64,000 bases of DNA from Pedobacter sp. (lineage in GTDB: Bacteria; Bacteroidota; Bacteroidia; Sphingobacteriales; Sphingobacteriaceae), in assembly GCA_025351765.1 (NCBI GenBank), contig JANXVH010000170.1, positions 65,993 to 129,992 of the forward strand. The letters are read 5' to 3'. The translations under genes were made by a program, and so were the position numbers. Positions 38,574 to 46,855 of this stretch are shown here, piece after piece (position 1 is the stretch's first letter; the number at the start of each line of letters is the position of its first letter). The notes beneath the pieces are model-generated. The model saw only the letters and a list, made by a program, of their open reading frames with translations. It was not told the DNA's origin and did not search any database.

Positions 38574-40733
38574 CTATCCGTTTTCCTTAGTTGGTTTTTC
38601 CAATTCTTTCTTCTTTTTCTTCTGGTCTCTCTTCTCTTGTCGCAGCTGTTTTTTTGTCTTAACCGTATCTGCCTGTGGCAATGATTGCTTGGCTGTACTG
38701 TCTGGCTTAGACCCAAAAAGACGATCGAACAGATTTTTAGACTGATCCTGGGTTTCTACCGTTGGTAGCGGATCTTCACTGTCCAATGCATTGGTGTCTA
38801 TCGCAACCGAATCCGGTAACAGGTACTGCCTTAAGCCTTCCCTAAGTCTTACATTATAAAACCCATATCCACTCGTGTCTGGTGGTGTAAGGCCTCTTCT
38901 GGCCATAATGTTTCCAATGTACTGGAAGTATTTGTACATGTAATCTTTTAACCCCCCCCCTCCTGTAAATTTATACAAAGCAGCTTTTGGTCGGGGCACT
39001 ATATTGGCCAAAAATATACCTTCTCCAATATTCAATTCAGCAGGTTTTTTACCGAAATAGTGTCGTGTAGCTTCTCCAATACCATAAACATTTTGCCCCA
39101 TTTCAATAATGTTGAAGTATACTTCCAGCATCCTGTTCTTACTAATTAACCGATTGTTTTCAATTAACCATACAATAAGAATTTCTTCTGCTTTACGGGC
39201 AAGTGTTTTCTTCCTGCTTAAAAAAACGTTTTTAACCAATTGCATGGAGATGGTACTTCCTCCACGTACAAATTTCTTTTCTTTAAAGTTTACGGCAAAA
39301 GACTTACGAATGGATTCCAGCACAAATCCTTTATGGGAAAAAAATGAAGGATCTTCTGATGTCAAAATGGCATTTTTGAAATTACTTGATACTTCAGAAA
39401 GGGGAGTATAGTTTGGATTTGAGGGCCCAATAGTAATATTCCGCATCGGTTTTCCATACTCGTAAGGGGTGTATACAAAAGGCTCGTTTATCTTTTGAAG
39501 GTTGGTCTTTCCCCACTTTACAATTTTAAAGTTGTAGGGCGTAAGTCTAGAATCAAACTTAACGCTATCTGGTCGAGAACTATCCAGGTAAAAGTTCAGG
39601 GCATATTTTACTTTTCCACCTACTTTTAAACCTTCCAGCGATTCAAATAAGCCCTGTGGAAAAGCATTCAGTATTTCCTGCGCATCCTGCTCAAGGGCAT
39701 TAATTTTAACCTCGTAAATCTTATTCGGACTTAATGTGTATTTAAGATAAGGATGAATCTCTGCCTTTTTCAAAAACACAGTTGATGTGCTATCAAGTGC
39801 CACATAGTTTGGCCCAACTAACAAATCTGCTTCTATCCTTGCTTCAGAAACAACAATGTCATTTCCTGCAATTTTAGCGTGGTTTATCAACAGGTTTTTA
39901 ACAGACCATGATCCTTCTATCTTATAATCATCTCCATTATAACCAGCGCCTTTTAAAACAGTTCTTATGGTATCAAAACTAAGCTTTGCGTGCAATTTAT
40001 TGTTCAAGTAAGGCAATTCAACTTTTTTGTTGTCTGCAAACATCATAACGTCAAAGTGTTTGCTTCCTGCACGTACTTCACCGTCAAAATGCCAGGTAGC
40101 TTCAGTGTCATTCACTTTAATGATAGATTTAAGCAGCCCACTCTTTATTGTTGCCGTTGTAGCAAGAAAAGAAAGTTTTGCGGTATCATTGTCATTAACC
40201 GCCAGGATCAGGTTTTTGATTTCCATATCATCCGGCACCTTGTAAAGAATCTGGTTCAGTAGGTTGCTGGCAATTTTAGAGAGCTCTATCTTAGACTTAT
40301 CCGTATTGTCCTTCTTTTTTCGCTTTAATATAAAATCGATATTACTTATAGAATCCCTAAATACAAGACTGATCTTACCGTCGTTTAAGGTCATCTCAGA
40401 GAGCTTTACATTTCCAAAAAGCAGCGGAAACAATTTTACACCGATAGTAAGATCTGCTATATGGCTTAAAGTATCACGGTCCTTTGGCACCACAGAAATA
40501 TTGGTCATATGTACAGTACTTAGCCCGCTAAATCCTGCCTCGCCAATGTTCACTTCCAGGGCGTAATCTTTGTCCGCTTTTTTAATGGCCTTGGCAATCA
40601 TTGTTCTAAGCAAAGCCTCTCTTTTGCCATAGGCGATAGTGCCTGCTATTGCAGTGAAAAGGATTATTATCCCTAAAACCCATGCACCTATTTTCAGGTA
40701 CTTTTTAGGGATGGTAATTTTTGGAAGGCGCAT
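38574..40733 (-). CDS. GT51 peptidoglycan glycosyltransferase domain protein with a long beta-rich N-terminal extension and a polybasic tail
   Basis: 719 aa with an N-terminal TM anchor. GT51 motifs lie in the C-terminal third: EDPSFFSHKGF, RGGSTISMQLVKN, RKAEEILIVWLIE. No transpeptidase domain is present. The tail is KTKKQLRQEKRDQKKKKKELEK. Confidence 0.85.
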   Translation of the reverse strand: MRLPKITIPKKYLKIGAWVLGIIILFTAIAGTIAYGKREALLRTMIAKAIKKADKDYALEVNIGEAGFSGLSTVHMTNISVVPKDRDTLSHIADLTIGVKLFPLLFGNVKLSEMTLNDGKISLVFRDSISNIDFILKRKKKDNTDKSKIELSKIASNLLNQILYKVPDDMEIKNLILAVNDNDTAKLSFLATTATIKSGLLKSIIKVNDTEATWHFDGEVRAGSKHFDVMMFADNKKVELPYLNNKLHAKLSFDTIRTVLKGAGYNGDDYKIEGSWSVKNLLINHAKIAGNDIVVSEARIEADLLVGPNYVALDSTSTVFLKKAEIHPYLKYTLSPNKIYEVKINALEQDAQEILNAFPQGLFESLEGLKVGGKVKYALNFYLDSSRPDSVKFDSRLTPYNFKIVKWGKTNLQKINEPFVYTPYEYGKPMRNITIGPSNPNYTPLSEVSSNFKNAILTSEDPSFFSHKGFVLESIRKSFAVNFKEKKFVRGGSTISMQLVKNVFLSRKKTLARKAEEILIVWLIENNRLISKNRMLEVYFNIIEMGQNVYGIGEATRHYFGKKPAELNIGEGIFLANIVPRPKAALYKFTGGGGLKDYMYKYFQYIGNIMARRGLTPPDTSGYGFYNVRLREGLRQYLLPDSVAIDTNALDSEDPLPTVETQDQSKNLFDRLFGSKPDSTAKQSLPQADTVKTKKQLRQEKRDQKKKKKELEKPTKENG

Positions 40734-40847
40734 GTTGTAAATTAAGTGTTTAATGCTAAACGTTCAATACAAACTAAAAGTTTATTTGCGATAAAATTAC
40801 AATAAAATGGGGCATATAAAATTAAATAAGGGCTAAATTTGCGGTTA

Positions 40848-41915
40848 ATGATGATAAGTCCAGAACAAGTGCTTTCCGCGCTAAGGAACGTAGAAGACCC
40901 GGATCTAAAGAAAGACCTGGTTACCCTTAACATGATCAAGGATCTTAATATTGAAGGTAATAATGTTAGTTTCACGCTAGAGTTAACTACCCCGGCATGT
41001 CCTATGAAAGACATGCTAAAAAACGCCTGCAACAACGCTGTAAAGCATTTTGTAAGTAAAGATGCTGTGGTCAACATTAATGTAACCTCAAGAGTTACCA
41101 AACCAATGGATACTACTCAACTTAAAGATATCAGAAATATTATCCTCGTTTCTTCAGGGAAAGGCGGTGTCGGTAAATCTACTGTTGCAAGCAACCTGGC
41201 GGTAACGCTTGCGGCCGAGGGGGCTAAAGTCGGACTAATAGACGCAGACATCTATGGCCCTTCTGTACCAACCATGTTTGCTCTGGTTGGTGCCAAGCCA
41301 TCTGCCAGGGAAACCGAAGACGGCAAAACATTAATCTTGCCAATTGAGAAATATGGTATCAAACTATTATCACTTGGCTTCTTTGCAGATCCAGATCAGC
41401 CTGTGCCGTGGCGCGGACCAATGGCTTCCAATGCCGTAAAACAATTGTTTAATGATGCCGATTGGGGAGAACTGGATTATCTAATTGTAGATCTTCCACC
41501 TGGAACCGGCGATATACATATCACCATTACACAAAGCTTTCCTATAGCAGGCGCTGTAATCGTAACAACACCACAGCAAGTGGCATTGGCCGATACCCGT
41601 AAAGGACTGGCAATGTTTAAAATGCCCGGGATCAATATCCCTGTTTTGGGCGTTATTGAAAACATGTCCTATTTTACCCCGGCAGAACTTCCAGAAAACA
41701 AATACTACCTTTTTGGTAAAGACGGAGGTAAGCAGCTTGCTACATCCTTTGATGTGCCTTTCCTTGGAGAGATCCCACTAGTACAAGGCATTTCTGAAGG
41801 AGGCGATAGCGGCTCTCCAATAGCGTTAAGCAAAGAGAATTTACTTAGTAAAACGTTTTCAGAAATTGCTGGAAGAGTAGCACAGCAGATCGCGATAAAC
41901 AATGCAATCACCTAA
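40848..41915 (+). CDS. Mrp/NBP35 (ApbC) Fe-S cluster carrier ATPase with an N-terminal DUF59/MIP18 domain
   Basis: Deviant Walker A SGKGGVGKST. The N-terminal motif DPDLKKDLVTLNMIKDL is typical of DUF59. The ATG at 40848 is preferred over the TTG at 40839. Confidence 0.92.
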   Translation: MMISPEQVLSALRNVEDPDLKKDLVTLNMIKDLNIEGNNVSFTLELTTPACPMKDMLKNACNNAVKHFVSKDAVVNINVTSRVTKPMDTTQLKDIRNIILVSSGKGGVGKSTVASNLAVTLAAEGAKVGLIDADIYGPSVPTMFALVGAKPSARETEDGKTLILPIEKYGIKLLSLGFFADPDQPVPWRGPMASNAVKQLFNDADWGELDYLIVDLPPGTGDIHITITQSFPIAGAVIVTTPQQVALADTRKGLAMFKMPGINIPVLGVIENMSYFTPAELPENKYYLFGKDGGKQLATSFDVPFLGEIPLVQGISEGGDSGSPIALSKENLLSKTFSEIAGRVAQQIAINNAIT

Positions 41916-41956
41916 TTGATAAAATTTTACTATTTTTATACTCTAATATAAAACCA

Positions 41957-42202
41957 ATGAATTTAACAGAACAAGTAGAGCAGGCATTGGAAAGTATCCG
42001 CCCATATTTATTAGCCGATGGGGGTGATGTTGCCATAGAGGAAATTACGGAGGATAATGTAGTTAAATTGAAATTGTTGGGAAACTGCGGATCTTGCAAA
42101 ATGAGTTTCATGACCATGAAAGCAGGAATTGAACAAGCCATCGTGAAAGCTGTACCCCAAATTACGTCTGTTGTAGCCATAAACCTAGCCGAACCAGTTT
42201 AA
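41957..42202 (+). CDS. NifU C-terminal-domain-like Fe-S assembly protein
   Basis: 81 aa with IRPYLLADGGDV and the GNCGSCKMS CxxC motif. It lies adjacent to the mrp-like gene. Confidence 0.85.
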   Translation: MNLTEQVEQALESIRPYLLADGGDVAIEEITEDNVVKLKLLGNCGSCKMSFMTMKAGIEQAIVKAVPQITSVVAINLAEPV

Positions 42203-42256
42203 CCATTTTAACACAATTTAACTAGTCGTGTTGTTTAATACAGGTAAATTTGTATA

Positions 42257-42898
42257 ATGAAGTATGCTTTAACCATCTTATTGCTTCTTTTTGTTTCTTC
42301 AGTATTTGCGCAGCAAATAACTGATAATAAGAAACTAATACAGTTTTCTGGAATTATTACAGATGTTGATAGTAATACCGTTGTACCGTACGTAACGGTT
42401 ACCAACTTGAGCAATAAAGAGCAAAAATACGCAGCCAATTATAAGGGCTTCTTTTCTTTTATTGCCCATCCGGGCGATACTATCCTTTATACGGCAGTAG
42501 GCTATCGGGATTTGCTATTGCCTATTCCAGCTGATATCAATGAAACAAAATATACTGCAATAGTTAAACTAAAATCAGAGATTGTTAATCTTCCTACCGT
42601 AAGGGTGTACCCTTGGGCTACGGTAGAAGATTTTACAAAGGATTTTATGACGATGAAAATTGCAGATGATGATTACCTAATTGCTATAAAAAACCTATCC
42701 AAACAAAGTATTAGAGGCTTAATGGTTACCTTACCTAGGGATGGTGGAGAAATCCAAAGCGCAAACTTCAGGTTAAATCATTATAATTCCCTAAACAAGA
42801 ACATGACCCAGACCAATCCGCTTCTCAACCCTTTTGCGTGGGGTAAACTAATGCAATCTATCTTTAAAGGGGATAAGAGCCGGAGCTCAGACAATTAA
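42257..42898 (+). CDS. Secreted carboxypeptidase-regulatory-like (CarboxypepD_reg) domain protein
   Basis: Signal peptide (LLLLFVSSVFAQQ), then a FSGIITD...PYVTVTN...GFFSF...GDTILYTAVGY pattern. Confidence 0.62.
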   Translation: MKYALTILLLLFVSSVFAQQITDNKKLIQFSGIITDVDSNTVVPYVTVTNLSNKEQKYAANYKGFFSFIAHPGDTILYTAVGYRDLLLPIPADINETKYTAIVKLKSEIVNLPTVRVYPWATVEDFTKDFMTMKIADDDYLIAIKNLSKQSIRGLMVTLPRDGGEIQSANFRLNHYNSLNKNMTQTNPLLNPFAWGKLMQSIFKGDKSRSSDN

Positions 42899-43449
42899 CG
42901 TTTCTTACGTTGATTGGGGAAGCGCATCTTATAATCAGCTTTAATATTCCCTTTAGAAATATTATCTAGCTTGCTTTGGAGCATTCTTTTACGCAGTAGT
43001 CCAAGCTTATCAGTAAAGAGTGTCCCTTCAATATGATCATACTCATGCTGTATCACGCGAGCGGCCATACCTGTAACATCTTCCTCATGTAACGCCCAAT
43101 TCTCATCATAGTATTTAATACGGATATTAGGCTTACGCATCACGTCTTCCCTTATGTCTGGAATGCTAAGACAACCTTCATTAAAAGCCCATAACACTCC
43201 GGTTTCTTCTATCATCTCAGCATTAATGAACACCTTTTTATAACGGTCTTTATCATCGCTGCCCGTATCTACAATAAACAGACGGATGGGCAGTCCAACC
43301 TGAGGGGCAGCCAAGCCAACACCATTGGCGTTGTACATGGTATCAAACATGTTTTTAATCAATTCCTGCAAATTTGGATAGGCCTCTTCAATAGGAGCGC
43401 AAACTTTTTTAAGAACAGGATCTCCATATGCTACAATAGATAACTTCAT
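42895..43449 (-). CDS. def: Peptide deformylase
   Basis: 184 aa with GVGLAAPQVG, EGCLS, QHEYDHIEG. Confidence 0.95.
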   Translation of the reverse strand: MKLSIVAYGDPVLKKVCAPIEEAYPNLQELIKNMFDTMYNANGVGLAAPQVGLPIRLFIVDTGSDDKDRYKKVFINAEMIEETGVLWAFNEGCLSIPDIREDVMRKPNIRIKYYDENWALHEEDVTGMAARVIQHEYDHIEGTLFTDKLGLLRKRMLQSKLDNISKGNIKADYKMRFPNQRKKR

Positions 43450-43467
43450 GAGACAAAGGTAGAAATA

Positions 43468-44697
43468 TTAGTTTAAAGGATAAAAAGTTAGAGAACTCAA
43501 ATTGCGTTCGTCTAGTATTTCGGTGGTTACAGCTAAAATATCGGCTCGGGAGATCGACTCTATTTTTCTAAATACAGTTTTAAGATCATCAATCCTATCA
43601 TATTCCAGCAGGCTTTTAGCCATAGATATGATTAGTCCAATGCGGTTTTCCTCACCCAGGGCAATTTGCCCTATAAATTTCTGTTTGGTCTTTTGAAGCT
43701 GTATTTCGCTAAGTGGGTTATCCCTCAGTTTTTTCATTTCCTTAAAGATCAGGCCAAGGGCTTTGTCGACCTTTTCAGCATCTGTACCGAAATAAATGGT
43801 AAAAATACCAGTGTCTGTTAGCGGACTATATCCGGACTCTATCGTATATGCAATTCCGTATTTTTCCCTGATCTGAAGATTTAAAACAGAGCTCATTCCA
43901 GTTCCTCCAAAGTGATTATTTAGCAGCAATAAAGCAGTTTTATTGGGGTCGTGAAGGGAATAAGCAGAACAACCTAAAACAGTATGTGCCTGGTTAATAG
44001 GCTTGTGCTGTATGCGCGTAAATAATTCCTGTTTTAATGGAGCTATGCGCTCAGCCTTACGCAGGTTTTGCGGAACACAGGCATAATGCTTCGTGCCAAT
44101 TTTAACTAGCTTTTGTAGACTGTAATTTCCAATCACAGCAATGATGATCTTATCAGTATGGTAGTTATCTGCAATAAATTGCTTAATGTCTTTGCGATTT
44201 AACCCTGCAACAGAATCAACAGTACCAAGAATATTTCTGCCTAATGGGTGGCCTGCGAAGGCCATATCCTCAAAATCGTCGTAGATTGCTTCTTCAGGTT
44301 GATCTTGATAGGAAGCAATTTCATCAAGAATAACCCCTTTTTCTTTATCCAATTCATCTTCTGGAAAAGTAGAATGGAAAACAATGTCATTAAATAATTC
44401 CAGTGTCCTATCCAAATAGGCATGTAAAAAAGAAGCATGAATGCAGGTATATTCTTTTGTAGTATAGGCATTAAGATCAGCCCCAACACTTTCCAGCCTA
44501 TTTAAAATCTGGTTGGTAGATCGCTTTTCAGTACGCTTAAAAATTAAGTGCTCTATAAAATGTGCTAAACCAGATTGGTGTTCCTTTTCGTCTCTGGAGC
44601 CGGTATTGATGATAATGCAGGCATGAGAAATTGCCGAAGCAAAGGGTACATGTAAAAGGCGTATGCCGTTTGGCAAAGTATGAACGTTATATTCCAT
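43468..44697 (-). CDS. M16-family (pitrilysin/insulinase-like) zinc peptidase
   Basis: Inverted zinc motif HFIEH with a downstream Glu. The start is placed at MEYNVHTLPNGIRL (the ORF extends to 44715). Confidence 0.88.
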   Translation of the reverse strand: MEYNVHTLPNGIRLLHVPFASAISHACIIINTGSRDEKEHQSGLAHFIEHLIFKRTEKRSTNQILNRLESVGADLNAYTTKEYTCIHASFLHAYLDRTLELFNDIVFHSTFPEDELDKEKGVILDEIASYQDQPEEAIYDDFEDMAFAGHPLGRNILGTVDSVAGLNRKDIKQFIADNYHTDKIIIAVIGNYSLQKLVKIGTKHYACVPQNLRKAERIAPLKQELFTRIQHKPINQAHTVLGCSAYSLHDPNKTALLLLNNHFGGTGMSSVLNLQIREKYGIAYTIESGYSPLTDTGIFTIYFGTDAEKVDKALGLIFKEMKKLRDNPLSEIQLQKTKQKFIGQIALGEENRIGLIISMAKSLLEYDRIDDLKTVFRKIESISRADILAVTTEILDERNLSSLTFYPLN

Positions 44698-44756
44698 CAA
44701 TTCGCAAAGGTACACAGAAATGTATACTTTATAGTACCAGGATGCTTAAAGAACTT

Positions 44757-45839
44757 TCAAAAATTACTGCCTGCACCACCCCCGCCAAAACTTCCTCCGC
44801 CGAAATGATTGTCGATAGGTAAGGGAGTCGTATTTGCGGTCTCCGATACGATTACGGACCCTCCATTAAGCTTATCAAGTTGATTGCTGGGCTCAAGTTC
44901 GTTTTTAGTGAAGCCACATCTAGGAATCTTCAAATACCGGTACGCAGCGTAAGCGATGCCAATCAGTACCAATCCACTTAGCGCTAAGACCCATTCTATA
45001 TCCACAACATGGTAATAATACCTAACTGTAAAAGTTGCAGCGGCAAGCAGCAATAACCCCACCCTTAGTAAAACAACATCTTTTCGCTTTAAGCCAAAGG
45101 CGATGTATAACAATGGAACCAATACTGTCCAGCACCAAAAAAACAACGCAAAAGGAATGGGTTTAATGGCGGGTTCATCTGTAAGAGGCGTAATTTCCGC
45201 GGCCGGACTAAGGCGCTGCACTATAAAATAATTTCCGGCAGCATAAAGCACCAGCAGCGTTAGCATATACACAGTTGTTAAGCATTTTTTATAAGCAGGC
45301 TGTTCGGTTTTCTTACTAAAGTGGCGTACCAAGAGATAGCTGGCAACCGCAACAATCATAATCAGGAAAGGCATGGTAGCCATTCCCCAGACCGGAATGT
45401 GTACCCAGCAGAAGAATACAAAAGCAATGAGCGACAAGTAGCACACCGCGGCCATAAGCAGATCGGCAAAACGGAGGGTTAAATAGAGACTCAGCAGCAA
45501 TACGAGACCAGAGATTACCTGTTCCTTATTTCCGTTTATTAAATTGTCTGTCAGCATGACAAGTGCTCCTAATAACAGCCCGCCGCTCAGCCAAACCAAG
45601 GCGTCATCAACGCCAGAGCGGTAGTGGTGATGCATGGAAACGGAAAGCTCCAAGGCAAAATAGCAGCAGAGCCCAAGAAACAACCAATAAGCAGAGTTGA
45701 AGATAAAAATATCGTCAAGCAGCAAACGCAGCAAGCCGATCAAGCTTAGAGCAATCACCAGTGTCAATATAAAAAGACCGGCACGGATAAATATGTTTGG
45801 CGAATAATAGTCGCTCGCGGGCTTATTATAAATGATCAT
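44757..45839 (-). CDS. Polytopic membrane protein with a Gly-rich C-terminal tail (uncharacterised)
   Basis: About 10 hydrophobic segments. The C-terminus is ...NHFGGGSFGGGGAGSNF. The ATG at 45839 overlaps the upstream gene's end by 14 nt (the ORF extends to 45866). Confidence 0.7.
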   Translation of the reverse strand: MIIYNKPASDYYSPNIFIRAGLFILTLVIALSLIGLLRLLLDDIFIFNSAYWLFLGLCCYFALELSVSMHHHYRSGVDDALVWLSGGLLLGALVMLTDNLINGNKEQVISGLVLLLSLYLTLRFADLLMAAVCYLSLIAFVFFCWVHIPVWGMATMPFLIMIVAVASYLLVRHFSKKTEQPAYKKCLTTVYMLTLLVLYAAGNYFIVQRLSPAAEITPLTDEPAIKPIPFALFFWCWTVLVPLLYIAFGLKRKDVVLLRVGLLLLAAATFTVRYYYHVVDIEWVLALSGLVLIGIAYAAYRYLKIPRCGFTKNELEPSNQLDKLNGGSVIVSETANTTPLPIDNHFGGGSFGGGGAGSNF

Positions 45840-46782
45840 CGCTTTTAATTTTCCGGTTAATACCAATTAAAATCCTGATGAGCAAAAATGCCGAAACAAT
45901 GAAGTAAAAGAGCCCCATAAACAACAGCCCGTCACCCTTAAGGTTGCTAAATGCTTTTAAGATCAGGGCGCCTAATGCCACATAACAGTACAAAAATGCC
46001 AGTATGATAAAGTAGAAAGAACGGTGTTTCAATGAATCAAAATATAAAAATGCAGATAGCGCAAACACACCCAACGACCATAATATTGCTATCCCATCAT
46101 CAAAATGAGCAAAATAACCCGATAAAAGGGCGATGAAAGCCATATGCACACCAAAGTGCTGGTAGGTAAAACGGAAATGTTTTTTAAAATCAAAGCGAGC
46201 GGACAAATACCCCAGGCCTATCAGCAATAGCCCCAATCCTAAATAAATGTAATTTGGCATTCCTTTCTCATAGCTTACTCCGTAGCTCTCATAGTCTTTA
46301 TGTATCAACCAATTTATGGAAGTAACCGTAACCCCCAGCCATACACCCAGGTTGGTAATGGCCATGCTTAGCACCCCAAGATGGTCAAACCGGTAGGACA
46401 TAAAAAATAAAACCAGCATCGGGATAAAAATAGCCAGGCGATAGCCATTGCCAAACACAGCATATTCCTTTTGGAGGTAACCTACAAAAGTTAAGAAGCT
46501 GAGGCAGCCCAGCAATAGCACATAATCAAACAAAGGGCTTTCAGTCTTGACCCGCAGTTTGCTAAATGGCAGACCATGCATAAAGCAATAGTAAAAACAC
46601 CCCGCACTCAAAGCGAAGATAAGACCAATAATGGCCTCGTGACCAATGGTGTTTACGTGCTTATAAATCAAAATGCCCAAGCCTGAATTCAGGAGCAAGA
46701 TCCCTAAATAAAGCAGCACCTTTAATTCCCAATAGAGGGAGAACCGGGCGGGTTGCCCGGATTTATCAGTTTGAGAACTCAT
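45826..46782 (-). CDS. Polytopic membrane protein (uncharacterised)
   Basis: 318 aa with about 9-10 hydrophobic segments. It is translationally coupled to the downstream membrane protein. Confidence 0.7.
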   Translation of the reverse strand: MSSQTDKSGQPARFSLYWELKVLLYLGILLLNSGLGILIYKHVNTIGHEAIIGLIFALSAGCFYYCFMHGLPFSKLRVKTESPLFDYVLLLGCLSFLTFVGYLQKEYAVFGNGYRLAIFIPMLVLFFMSYRFDHLGVLSMAITNLGVWLGVTVTSINWLIHKDYESYGVSYEKGMPNYIYLGLGLLLIGLGYLSARFDFKKHFRFTYQHFGVHMAFIALLSGYFAHFDDGIAILWSLGVFALSAFLYFDSLKHRSFYFIILAFLYCYVALGALILKAFSNLKGDGLLFMGLFYFIVSAFLLIRILIGINRKIKSDDHL

Positions 46783-46792
46783 AGTTGTAAAT

Positions 46793-46830
46793 ATAACAAA
46801 ATAGGGTGCCTAAAGTAATAGACACCCTAT
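46793..46830 (-). terminator. Rho-independent terminator after htpG
   Basis: On the minus strand: ATAGGGTG-14 nt-CACCCTAT followed by TTTTGTT. It lies 26 nt past the htpG stop. Confidence 0.7.
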
Positions 46831-46855
46831 TCTTAATCTTACGACTAGCTACAAC

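Noticed and set aside
38573-38745. Long N-terminal extension of hpt (to 38716) and the plus-strand ORF 38500..38745
   Set aside because: Both are alternate-frame readings of the Lys-codon-rich tail of the GT51 gene. The ATG at 38572 yields a normal 181-aa HPRT.
41908-42180. 90-aa minus-strand ORF overlapping the nifU-like gene
   Set aside because: It is antisense to a CDS with a clear CxxC NifU motif and has no motif or signal of its own.
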